From NCBI GenBank assembly GCA_030704615.1, contig CM060732.1, forward strand, positions 57,474,001 through 57,538,000: 64,000 bases of DNA. Reading direction: 5' to 3'. Below, piece by piece: positions 1 to 12,949 of the stretch. A program made the position numbers and the translations under genes. Source of the DNA: Takakia lepidozioides. Lineage: Eukaryota; Plantae; Bryophyta. Under the pieces are notes generated by a model, which did no database searches, was not told the origin of the DNA, and saw only the letters and a program-made list of their open reading frames with translations. Each line of letters begins with the position of its first letter. The first letter of the stretch is position 1.

Positions 1-207
1 TAGTAATATCAAAGCCTCTTTAGTTCCAGCCCACTACTTATTACACTATTTATCTCAAGCCACATAACTCGGTAGACAATGGATAGACACCCTGACCACC
101 ACCGCAAGCACCTTCAACATGACACCAATTAAATGGTGATGTAAATAGTTAAGTGAAAGCTGCCATCTGAATGGTTGGAGATGGTAAGGTTCATGTTGCT
201 GACTCAC

Positions 208-3200
208 AACTTGCTGGGGGGGATTGCCAACTGGGTGCAGCTGGTTGGCCACCGGCTGCAGAGCATTGCCCTCTTGCTGACTGGAAAATTGTTGTGGCTG
301 CACATGCGGATGGTGAGTAACCTGTTGATTTAACAGGAGTTGCTGCTGCTGGCGCTGAACAGCTTGGTGTTGATGCTGAAGAACTGCAACCTGCTCCCAA
401 TGTAAGTTATTGTTAGCCCAGTGTATGTTGTATACTCACACAGCAAAACTCTGCTCTTTAAGCCATGTGGCTATAGCACCCAGCTTGGCATACACAGCAG
501 TGTGGGACCTGACTCTATATATACAGCTGGCTCTGGGTCTATGCAGTGTCTTTCTGATGCTTGTGAGGATGGCACCTGGTTCTAATGGATACCCTCTGCA
601 TAGCAAATAGAAACATCACCACCATGCCCATAGGATCCATTTTTCTCAGCTGCATTGCATGTGGGTGTGTGACACAGAAGAAGCACAGGGACTTTGCTTC
701 GCATCACAATTTGGGAGGGTTGAGAAGACTTTATGGTGGATATCACACAAAACTCTGCCAACGATCAGCAATATGGTACCTGATGCTGGAGAGGGGGTCC
801 GACAACCTGGGCGGTCTGTTGTTGCTGCTGCTGAATTGCTGCTTGCTGTTGCATGAAGTTCACCACTTGGGTTTGGAGCTGCTGCTGGTTCTGAGCCACC
901 ACCTGAGCAGAAGGGTACACATTTCAGCACTACACTCCACTCACATACTTTTGCAAATCCAGCTCCAAACCACAATTTTCATGGACACATCTAACCAAAC
1001 CAGGTAAAATGGCATGCAAGCAAAGCTCACATGGAAACCACACACATTATTGAGAACAATAGTCAATCTGGGGAAGGCAAAGCTGCAAAACCAAGACCAA
1101 GACCTGAAGACGGCAGCCTTACCACCGTACAGCTAAACAGTATGTACCCTAGTATATACCCTGGGTTCCCAGCAAATCTATAAAAATATCAAAGACTTAG
1201 AACAGAGACCAACTTGAGGAATATGGATTGAGAGTTGGCATTTCCTTGCAACTGAAGAACGGATGCCACACTTAAGGCTCAGTAGCTATACCTCTAAGAA
1301 AACCCGGAAGGTATTGCAGGCTCTTATGTTAAGGGAAAATATACATGCTAGCAGAGAACACACATGCAAGGAAATAAAACTCAGAATAAAAGACCCTAAC
1401 TCCAATAAAAACGCCTTTAATCTTTTGCGTAGGTATTAGGAGCTTACATCAGTTCACTGACAAATATGTAAAACCTCAGGGATCATGGAAAGACCTTCTA
1501 AAGTGATTGAACATAGACCATTTTCCATGAAATCCAGGGGTGCGCAAACTGACTTCCTATTGAAGAAACAGAAATAAATCCCACACCTGTGCAGTCTGCT
1601 GCTGCTGTTGCAACTGGTGCACTGCTTGTTGGTGAAGAGCAGGCTGGCAGGCTTGCTGGTTTGAGGGAGGCAAGGGCTGCGGCCGGGGACTTCCAGACTG
1701 TGTCAGTTTTTGCAATACAGATACGGCAGGCTGCTGCTGCAAGCCCAAATGGGGAGCCCGCTGAAGTCCCTGGGAGGGGAACACTGGCGTTGCCCCATGG
1801 TGGAACAATGGAAAGAGGCCAGGAGCGGTAGCTTGTGTAAATCCATTTGCAGAACACATTTGACGGATGAATTTTTGTATACCGTTGATACTCGCTGGGT
1901 CTTGATCAAGAGACTGACCTCGCTGACCAAACCAAGTAAGTGCAAGGCTGTCAGCCCCCACCACTGCAGTGGCCACGCCCATAGTTGCTCCCATAAGTGG
2001 TGGAGCAACCATGCCTGAGTTGACCTTCTGAGGACCAACGTCCACCTCTGCAGAAGATATCGAGCCACCCTTCACATAATTCATCGAAACCCCGGAGCCT
2101 GCATTGTTGCTACTGGTGTCACAATCATCAGCCTTTCGCTTGCGGCTTCCACCCCCCCTTCCCCCAGTATTCCCCGTTCCATCTAGGGGTGCAAACCCCA
2201 GCTTTGCCTTCGAGTTCTGGAAATATGTCTTGATCTGTGTTAGTGACTTTGCTGGCAAGCTTTCATGCAGCAATGTCCAGTCCTTACCATATTTCCTTAT
2301 AATCTCTGCAAACTTCTCCTTCTCTTCTTGTGTCCACGAGGTTGGTTCTCGCCTGGGCTTAACCTCCCCTCCAGGCCCCACTCTCCCAGCCTTCTCCCTG
2401 GGCTGCTGTGCACTGTGGACCACTGCTGTTGTTGAGATCAAGGCAGCTGCCGAATGCACTACACTTGGAGGCACTGGAGGCAAGTAGCCTGCCTCTATAG
2501 TTGCAGAAATAGCTGCAAGCTCAGGCTTAACAATAGCTTTACATGTTGCTTTCAGCTCCTCCTGATCTTGAACCATCCCAGAAATTTTGACTAATGCAGC
2601 TGCTGCCTCATCCACTACCCTCTCTCTTTCAACCTCAGGGGGAGCCAAGGTAGTTTCATCACCCTTGGCCACTTCACTGTTTATTTCCTTTCTGAGCATC
2701 CCAGTAGTTGAATCATCTGCAGCAACTGCTGTGGCTGCAACATCACAATGGTCACCCTCCTTGTCCTCCAATTGTCGTACTTGCTCAGGGCGGCAGCACC
2801 CTGACATAATGACTGTGCTGCTTAACGCTTCTATCTTCACTTTATCCACCACTACTGCCGCAGCAACCACACCATCTAATACCAGATTTGCTGCCAATCT
2901 ATCTGACCGATTTTCGCGGCTCTCTTGCATACTGTCAACAGTAACTATATCATCTGATCCAACCATTACGGCCCCATCTAATCCCTCAACTATCTTGGCT
3001 TCATCTACAGCAACCGTGCCAGTAACCCCTTCCTCAGGTTTTTCAGTCACAAACTTATCCCTTTCACCTTCACTGGCACAACCTATGTCCCTTCCGCTGC
3101 TAACAAAATCCTTCATATTCTCATCAACTGTGGCCTTGGCCTGCCCCATCAGGCCCCCTGCAGGCTTGGAATCCTGGGGGTTGAAGGCAGCTTCTGCATT

Positions 3201-6200
3201 GGCAGAAGCTGCTTGAAGCTGCTCCACCAGCCAGTCAAGCCCCAGGCGTTTGCGAGCCTTGCTGAAGAAACATTTACATTGAACTTGGCTTTTAGAAGTA
3301 ACATGCAGAGCAATGCTTTGAAAATCTTTGCCAAACATAGCTATCGCCTCGGTGAAAAGTTGTCGCTCATCATCAGTCCACCGAGAATCCATCTGGAGAA
3401 TGTAAACAATGTCTTTCAATATCTGCTCTCCCACTTAGATACCAATGCATTTCAAGGTCAAACAACCTGGCATAGCTCATTGCAAGTCATAACAATTATG
3501 ACTGGCAGGTGTTCATTCATGACTTATATCTCCTTAGTTAGAATGTATGACAAGCAGTTCAAGCACCCAAGATTGTTGAAACTCCATGAAAATAAACAAG
3601 CTTGAAACTTCTTTACCCACCTCTTCTCCAGCTGGCTTGGAAGGCTCCCGCCGCACATGAATGCTCCGAGCACCCTTGGATCCAACCGGGTGCTGATCCA
3701 GGTGGCAACTTCTGACCGTTGAAGGCCCAGCAACTGAGGCATTCTTCAACGGGTTTCGCTCCCGACAGCTCTTCACTGAAGTAGGTGTAGCAGAGCTAAA
3801 ACCACATGGGGTGGTCCCCAAGGAAGAGACAGCTGCTGCAGCAGCTACCAAAGATGGTATGGAAAGAGGGTTGCTTGCAGAAGCCTTGTTTGCACTGACA
3901 GATCTGCTGATCTCAAGACAAGAGGGAAGATTTGTCAAATCAAGAGTGGGTATGTTCGCCCTAAAACGATCAACCACCTTGTGATGACTACTACTTCTAA
4001 CGGCTTTTGCACCCACAGATGCAGCAGATGCAGCCGCAGCTACCATACTCAAGGCATCCACACGGGCAGCATTAGCTTCGCGATGCCGGCTGCTTGCTTG
4101 GGTATTTGTTGCAAGGTATGAAGCACTTGACCGTGAATAGTCCCGCCGTTTCTTCAACTGCTGCCTGCGGCGAATCTTTTCGAAGTCCTCAGATTTCTGA
4201 TTCCGGTAGTAATATTCCACGCAATCAGCTGTAGTCTTGTGGTCCAAGTGCAAAGCAATTTTATTGAAGTTCTTGCTGTACAATCCAAACTTCTCCAAAA
4301 ATATTTTCTTTTCCTCTGTTGTCCATGGATTAATAGTTTTGCGCTCACGCTCCACCATGATAGGGTCCTCAACAAGTGCATTCCTATTTACAAATCTTCG
4401 AAAAGATCGCTCCTTCTCATCCAGGATCATGGCTGGCATTTTCTGGACAGACCTTAAGTGCTCCACACGTGGCTCAGCCATTACTTTCTTCATTGCCTGG
4501 ACCTCCTCAGATGCTGCATCTAGCCTACCTGAGCCTGTCACAAAATACAAAAACGGATTCTTGGTTGAGAAGTATGTGGACAAAGAGGGGCTTTCACTAG
4601 ACTCTTCAAGTCAAGACACAGGACCTCCATCAGAAAGCATGTCTCATATGCCGAACGAGTAGAAATAAACAGACATGATCAGCTGCTAAGAAAGTTAACT
4701 CTAGAGTGAATAGCACCAATAGATACCTTCCAAGAACCAGCTACCCTAGCAGCTAGTGAACTATGTAACATTTGTGGCAAAAGTGGGCGTGTCATTGGTC
4801 CCGTCCAACTCAGGGTTTCAATCATCTCCAGCAGACCATGAGAAGACCAACCAGCCCCTCAGAGGAAAAGAGGTACATAGACTGCTCATGCTATCAAAAG
4901 GGAAAAACCTCAAGCTATCGACAATTTTGAGACACCTGACTGGATGGGCCGCAATCGCAGTGACGCACACTGGCTAGGTGGAATAACACCATTCCGGCAA
5001 ACAGCCTTGTTTCGGTCCCTTCGCTGACAAATCCCGCAATGCTCCTGCCTCCATACATCTTTCAGTGCTCGCAACCTCATGGTCAACACTTGCTCCTTGA
5101 ACCTCAGACGATGGTGCTGCTCAGCGACCTTCTCCAGCATTCGGTCATAATTCTTTTGATGGCTTTCCACATTATGCTGCCAGACAGGTGCTTCCACAGG
5201 GGAGTAATACAACGGCCCTGTACCTAGCATAAGCTCCTCAGGAAGGAGGTGCAAGAATGGGTCAGCGGCATGCCTTGCTTGATTCTCTAGTACCAAACTG
5301 TTGGCGAAACTCCTAGGACCTCGTACCACCTGAGCCCCCATCTCACTTTTCAGTGGACAGCTCTCCAGCTGTGCCATTGGCCCATCAATCAACTCTACAC
5401 CAGGACCAGGGATAGGGAGCAGGTGACTCTGCTCGCACTCCCATCCCCACTCTATGGATAGCCCCCTTGATGTAGCCTTCTGTTCAGCCATATTTTCTTT
5501 CAGCTCTCTTTCCTGCAGAACAGGCACAAGCTCTCTTCCCCCAACATTGACAACATCAAGTAAAACCTGTGTTTGTCCTCTAGTCACCATATCAAGCTCT
5601 GCCTCAACAGATCCTTCATTTCCTTGCAGGACTCTGCTATTTGATAGGCGCTCTGTCAGCGGAGAGGAGGCTGCAGCTGGGGGCTCTGCAGGCAACAACC
5701 GAGGCTCTCCACCCTCACCTGCAATACAAGACAGTGCTGGAGCTGATGGATCTTCACCTGTTACAAATTTGGAAAGCCCATCTGCAACCTCCCTGCTGCT
5801 CTCAAGTTCCAACTTTGCTATCTCCTTCTCAACCTGGTCAATCTCAAATTCCACCTTCTCAACCCTCTGCAAAATAGTCTCCTTCGTCCAACTGACAGGG
5901 TACCCTTCCCACAAGACATCAGGTGCTGTGATAATCACGTCCTTGGTGGTGTGCAGTTCAGAAGTACACTCTGTTCCTAATGAGTCTGTTCTGTCTGCTT
6001 CCTTCCCTGGAGCTGCAACTTCAGTTGTCTGGAGCAGAACAGCTGGCTGAGTAATCAGAAGGAGGGCACAATCAGCAGGTTTGAATGTCCCCTTCTCAAC
6101 TGGTGAGCAGCCCCGTGCTGTTCCATCCAGTTCATCCTGACCTACTCCATGAATTAACTGAACAGTTGTATCCTGCTCCAAAGATCGGCAGTCAACAGTT

Positions 6201-8486
6201 GATAGACCTACACACCCCAGAAGTATAACATCAGTAAAGACAAATAGCCAAGCAGTACGCTTGGGGATTAGAATTACATGAATGAAACTACGCTATTAAG
6301 CAATGGATGTACAAAACCTGTTGCTCTTCTACAATAGTTTCCCAAAAAATTATATTCCCCAAAGACTGCTTACTCATGTCTCCAGGTCAAAAATAGGGAG
6401 AAGAGAGGCTACAAAAACCAGATGTACATCAAAACAGAGCTGCAAGGGCTCTGCAGTGACAAGGAAAATGCAGATTGAAATTTCTTCTCACCCAAAGTTT
6501 TAAGAAGCCAAAACAGACAGAGGCAGCTCTCACAATGTGTAAGTCTTTCCTCTCTGGATTCTAAGCGAGAGTCAAAGAAAAGACTCAACATACCAACTTA
6601 TTTCTCAAAAGGGGCTGCCCAGGGTAAAATATGAACCCAAACATTTGCAAAATCCCTTGTAACCATGCTTCATTTAGTTTCTGAGAATTTCCCCATAATA
6701 AATATATTTTGGTGCAGTTCTTGCAAACATACAAAATTATAGATTTAGTAAGCTTTATAGATCTAAAATGTGCACTATATGGAACCTGACCACAAACTCC
6801 ACACAAAACTAAAACCTCGCCTTATGGTCAGAAAAAAAAAACACTTACTGTCAATTGGCTGGTTTGAAGGTGAGATTGGGGCAGCAACACTTGTCTGAGC
6901 AGGAGAGCAAGGAGAGCACGGAACAGAAGGTAACACTATCTCCTCAACAGTAGTTGGCATGGTATCAACCCCACTGTGAGGCCCAGAGGCCACACCACCT
7001 CCAGAAACCCCACTTCCAGGGACCTCATCAACATCCCCAACTTTCTTCTTCTCGTACTTTGCAAGCCCTTGGCCCCACCCCAGACGTGGACGCTTTGGTG
7101 GGGAAGGGTGGTTGCCATCGTCACGGCCTGGATCTAGGGTAGCTGAAGGTGGGGTCGAATGAGGTGAATGCTGTGGGGAGGCAGATGTATCCAGCCCATG
7201 GCCTCTGGCCCCAGGTTCCTTGGACCTCCCATTACCAGCAGCAAATGACGAGCCCCATGAGCTTGCAGATCCGGTCCATTCGCGAACTCGCCAGACATGA
7301 GCTGTATCTTTGCTGCCACTCAGCGAGTCTCCCAAAAAGCTGTCCCGACTAGTACTGCCATACCTATCGAGCCTGCCTCCCTCTAGCTCATTGTCACCGA
7401 AAGTCCAATCCCTTGCAGCATCAAACTGTGAGGATGTCCCCACCCTCCTGCTGTACAAATCAGCGTTGCTACGTAGTCTGTCTCGATGGTCTCTCTCTGA
7501 TCTTTGGGACAACTCCCAATTGACACTGCTGCTCACTCCTTTTGATCTGTCTCGATCCCACAGCAAATTATCCAAGTCCAAATTCACCTGTGACTGATAG
7601 GGCCGCACCACCTGGTCTGTGGCAGCAGAGCTGCCCACATCCCTTCCATCCCCTGAAGAGAGGTATGGTTCCCGACTATGCGGTTCTTCCAAATCTTTTG
7701 GCCGACAGTCATTACCAAAACCTCCATTGAAACCTGGACTCACTGCAGTTCCCGCATATGCCTGTTCCCGCTCAAATTTCCGGGGCAGGCTATTCTCCAA
7801 TGCTGCACCAAAATTGGGTGCAGGTTCTACTGCCCGGCTTGCTGCAGCAATGTAGCGCCCATTCTCAGTAAAGAAGCTGATATGCCGACCTACAATACAG
7901 ATGAAACATAAAAACTGCAAGCATAAGGTCATGAAACTACTGCTCTAACGCTCCTACAATGACAGGTGCAGAAATTTGCTTGATCCTTCCAAAAAAAGAA
8001 GAAGCTCCTAGTTTGTTCCTTGTATATATGGCCAACCTCCCGGTTATAAGGACTTCAGACAGCCAAACCAAGAGTCAAAACCCTCAGCCCATCTGATAAG
8101 GGAAATGAAACAGACTCGGGCAATTTGAAAGATGATGCAGAAACAAAAGAAAACCTCTATCTATAAGGGCAGGCTTGCATACTCCCCTCCAAGAGTAAGA
8201 GACATACAAAAACCTTGCAGCAGATGAAAAAAAGGGCGTCTGGAAGTACACAACCTACAGAACAACAAGAGCGCTTACCTTGGGCTCTTCGCTTGGTTGG
8301 AGGGGCTAAGGAATTGCCATTTACACATGCTCCTCCGATGCCTCTTTGAAAAGGTGTGATAGTAGAAGTCCGTTCTCCATTCCAGTCCCTCTTTCCTGTC
8401 ACAACCCTGTCCCTGTCTACTCTGTCTAGTCTCACATCCCTGTTATATGGCTCCCTCTGCCAGGTTGGAGCATGGTCGGTAGGCAT
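208..8486 (-). CDS. PWR: POWERDRESS/NCoR-like SANT-domain protein (HDAC co-repressor), multi-exon, 3' end probably beyond the left edge
   Basis: N-terminus MPTDHAPTWQRE, motifs KRPRLGWGQGLAKYEKKKV, SKETIL..VEKVE.EID, RFKEQVLTMR and SANT repeats (PWTTEEKKIF, RWTDDERQLF, SWTQEEKEKF). In-phase GT-AG exons: 8486-8279, 7889-6849, 6207-4936, 4534-3621, 3392-1587, 902-780, 390-~208. The last donor is uncertain and an alternative Met lies at 8555. Confidence 0.85.
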
Positions 8487-9331
8487 GGAAGTGGTCGTAT
8501 CGCGGGCATTTGGTGGGGCTAACACTCGTGCGTCGCCTCCACTCGGACTATACATCTGCTCTTTTCTCACCGTTTATCCCTCTCACTATCTACTTCCGAA
8601 AAAAGGCGACCAGGAAGAAGAGGCATGAGACCAGCCTTCGATGCAAGATGCTTCCACCGCATAGCTTCGAACTTGACACCTCGACTGCCTTTTTTCTTTC
8701 TCGTTCAAGATCACGCAGGACGCACCACCGGTGTGGGCTGGTTTGAAGTGAAGAGGTCCCCTCCTGGCCTGCCAATCACATCCGTCGTAATCTATGTCTT
8801 TCTGCCTGCTGGTCTCTGCGGAGCTTTCTAGGTGGGGAGAGTTATTATCTAAGCGTGTAAGGTGATTCTGAAGTGAGAGACGCCAGCTTCTGATGCACAC
8901 ACGCATAAATCTGACATGCAAAGGCCCTGCCACCGACAGAGCGCTATTTTCATGGCTGCTTTCCCATGACCTAACCAGGAAAGAAGCAGGAAGTTGCGAA
9001 AAGAGTCAGTGGATTGCAGGTCATCCCCATTTTCCCATATCTCGAAACTGGAATGTACCTTGCCCTCCTCACCCTCCTCACCCACTTACATCGCTTTATC
9101 AACCACATCAACACCACAGAAATCCCACAAACAGAGAATAGACGATTAAGAGAAGACAAAGGTTCACAACATAGCACCCCTTACTACTCATCCACAAGCT
9201 CAAATGTTGTCCCTATCTCAAAGCTTAACCCTACTGCACTCAAACTGTGCATTTCCTAGCACAGGCACTGTTTATTGTTGCAAGAGCTGCATGCAAATTC
9301 TCGCGGTCGCACGAGAGCGGCAGCTCCACAG

Positions 9332-9370
9332 CCGCAACCGGAACCGAAACAGAAACCAAAACCAAAGCCG
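9332..9370. repeat. Degenerate hexamer repeat (ccgcaa/ccggaa/ccgaaa/ccaaaa) in the presumed 5' UTR of the PWR-like gene
   Basis: Seen directly in the sequence. Confidence 0.5.
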
Positions 9371-10972
9371 TCGCGCTGCAGCACAGCAAAAACTAGCAGT
9401 CTTCCCCCTGTTCTTGCACTCAGAACCATCAGCTTCCAAGACAAACACGCACCAAACCACCTTCCAAAACTCCTCCTGGTACTTCTCCTTTTTCCAACGC
9501 GGCCCCTAGACCGCCGAGCACCACCCCACCAAGTCTGGCTGCAGAAACCTCCCTCCGCCCCTCCGTCCCTCCCTGCCTCAAAACCTAATCCACGCCAACA
9601 CGAACCGCCTCTAAGCAGAGACCACAGCGCACCACAGCGCCTTCCGGCTCGTCTTGTGTAGCTTGAGGCAGCCCCGCGAGCCTGGAGCTCTGGCTATCTA
9701 ACCCTCGCTCACACCCTCACCACACTGTTGCGCTTTGCAGCGCGCACTGTCGGTTGCATCTACTCTTCTCTTACTGCCTCCGTCGCCCTAGACCTCCACA
9801 GTCCTTACCCCCAAGTGAAAAAGGGTGAACTCCTACCTGCCCAGCCGGTCACTGGCTCTTCTCTGTTCATCTATCTAGGGTTTCTCAGGATTTTATTTAT
9901 CGCAACTGCATTGACTTCAACAATTTGGTTGGTTCTAGGGACATTTCAGCACACATGGATGGATGCGTTATATATTTCATGCATATGGTAATTTATCATC
10001 CACGTACTCAACCGCTGATCAGGATGACCTGCTAACCGGGATATCGGGTGAGACAATGCAAAGCGGAATCACGGTGACATGTAAATACATGATGTACGTA
10101 TTCAGTGTGGGATTTGTATAAAGTGGAATACAAGCATATACACATATAAAAAAGGTGAAACATGTCCCCTTTTATACTGGAGCTTCTTCTTTTGTTTTGT
10201 TTTTTGGAGCTTCTTTTAGGCGAGGCAGCTACAAAGTTATTTATAATAAAGTAATATTTATTATTTTAATAAGGCAACTAAGTATTATATTTGGCCACCC
10301 TTTTGGATAGTGTTTAAGTTATTGGAATCGAACAGAATTTATATGGCTTATAACTTTTTTATTATAAAGATAGGAGACATCAATCGACGAAGCGGAGCGA
10401 TGATGGAAAACTCATATTATTAACCATAGCTTTTTAAATTTGATAATACCCTACTCTCACCCTCCCAATTTATTTTTTTAAAGGGAAGGAAGCCCTATAA
10501 CTCCCAATTTCACATTGTTTACACATTAAATATCCGGATTATTATGCTTTCTTAAGGGGATTTTCAAGGGGGAAAGTAAACCAACAATCTATTTTGTCTT
10601 GTTTTGCGGCAGGACACTCGGTATGGCTTATGGCTTTGTGAGGTTACCTATTTACCAAAAATTGATTCCCCCCATTTCATACCAATTTACTTTTACATGC
10701 AGGTCACGACGTGTAACGATATGCATAATCCTACATTCCATCCATCCATGCAGTTATTTCCTTTTTGCCATTTTAGCATGTGCCTATTTCGAGAAATCAT
10801 TGAGCGCTCCTTTTATAACACTCTTACATATTTGATTGGTCTTTTATTGGGACTTTGATGGGACTAGTGCCAATAATATTCCTCCATTTCATTATTGGCT
10901 TTCATTGGGCAGCGCGTCCATTGCCCTATTTTATTTTGATGTTTTAACACGACAACAATAATAATATAGCAA

Positions 10973-11054
10973 GGCTGCGGCCCGTAAGCCACTCGTGTAT
11001 TGGCTTGTGGGGTGCGGGGTTCAACCCCCTGTCATCTCTGTCTCTCTGCCTTCG
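10973..11054 (+). mobile_element. tRNA-derived SINE-like head, degenerate copy
   Basis: Clear homology to 18697-18780 (gtaagcca.tcgtgta.tggc...ggggttcaa...tctgtctct.tgccttcg), with B-box-like GGTTCAA. Confidence 0.5.
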
Positions 11055-12949
11055 CTTGTACGACAAGTGTGTCGTGCTGGGCCATCCCCTTGGATACCGA
11101 GGAATCTAGGGTTCGATCTGCGAAATGGGCATCCAACGCGGGAGTCGGAGGACGCAATTGTCGGGATCACAAAGGGCAGGCGTTCACCCGACAACACAGC
11201 CTTTTACTCATCCGTCCTACCCGTGGACTGGCCGGATGACGGATGGATATCGTCAGCAGAACTCATCCGGACTCTCCTCTTCCGCCAAAATCGGGTCACG
11301 GGTGCAAGCCCTAGATCGGACGGTCAGAATGCTGGGATTGATTAGAGCACGTTCAGCAATTAGGACAGAAAGGTCCGTGTACTCAATGCAACTCTGCCAC
11401 GTTTCAAACGTTTTTTGCAGCACGAAGAATTATCGACCACACTTTTTATTGGCAAAGGGTTTTGATGCTTAGCATCGATGCTCGATGCTGGAATATTTCA
11501 TCCACATGTGAAAATGAATGAACTCCCGGGATGAATAAATTTATGCATGCATGACAAGTTGTGCTGAGCAGGGCAGGGCTTGTATGTATTCCATGCAGTT
11601 TGTTCTGTATATTCTGACGCCTCTCACGTAAGATTATGTATGGCCAGGCAGCAGTGTGCACATGATGTAAGCGCGACGTTGGGAGTTCTAAGAGGTGGAG
11701 GCGCGAACGTCCTCCATCTGAGTAACTTCGGGCAGAAGGAAAGATGGCGACATGGTGAAGGGTGCACCGGCTGAACTTCATGAGTTTAGTAGATTGACGT
11801 TTGGATTCTTGACGTTGTGTCCATCCTAGCGGCCAGCCTGCAGGTTGATTTCCACAGACGGCATGGAAATCAGTCGCATTGCAGATATTCTGCTTGTAAT
11901 CATCCAGAACCTTCAGGATTAGAGCCTAGTTTCTTCCAGCCTGGAGACGTTTCAAGTTTCAGAGATCCAGTCATCAGCACTGTTCAAACTTTTTACAACA
12001 ATTCGACCAATCCCACCTAGTCCAGCCTATCGTGAGTGCAAACGACTGGCTTCCATGTAAACAGCTAGGGCTTTCTCTAAGGAAACAGTTTTGTCCATTG
12101 TCAAGATCTTGATTTACGGAGGCGGTCTTCATAAGGTTATCAAGACTGTTCTCGAGGCTCTCCTGATACGTGCTGCTCGGGTAAGGTGTCAGTCAATATA
12201 GTAAGTGACAGGAAACTGATACCAATGCAGTGTGAACATCAAAGGTATGTGATTGCTATCATAAGCCTTCCCACACTCCAATGCTTGTATATTGCAAGTA
12301 AATACAAGCCTTGTTGATCCTCATATTCTATGAGATGCACAAGTTGAAATGTCACTTCATTATCAAAACCCTCATCCCCACAGCTTAACAGCATAAGAGG
12401 CTACAATCATTGCAAATAGATTTAGAGGTTAGATTGATCACTGATGTGCGGAAGCCACAAGCTGTCCTATGCTGTAGGTTCTTGACATGAAGTATCAAAG
12501 ACGTAGCAAAGTGTGGCCTACACCATCAACCTTCTCAACCCAATCACATGTTTCATGCATCCTTAGTGCTTCAAGCCCTGCTTATTTTGGTGTGCAATAA
12601 TTCTGCAGCTCAGTCCAATCCAGTTCTAGTAAGTGGCTTCTCAGACAACTTTACTTAAAAAAACCAGAGGTGCTACACATGATACCCTGAGTTCTGATGT
12701 CTCTCTCACCCTCCACTGCAAAGCCATGAACTTCTAATATATTTGGAAAGAATACATGTGGAAAGAGTCGCACATGTCGTGGAGTACTAATGTAAGCCAT
12801 TGCTTGACATGTTCTTTCAAATTTATACAACAGAGGAAAATGCTAACCATCATCATCGCCATGGATTATCCACTGCTTCCAGTGCTCTGTCAATAATGCT
12901 ATAATGGCAGCCTCGTCATAGTTTAACCACATATTGATGCAGTGATGTG

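Noticed and set aside
2104-6050. Long Ser/Thr-rich plus-strand ORFs (2587-3216, 5454-6050 and others)
   Set aside because: Antisense shadows of PWR-like exons.
9876-9883. Telo-box (AAACCCTA on the minus strand) upstream of the PWR-like gene
   Set aside because: A single 8-mer without a mapped TSS could easily occur by chance.
11446-12190. Coding-looking minus-strand stretch downstream of the dehydratase
   Set aside because: Frames are interrupted and no family is recognisable, so a gene call cannot be supported.
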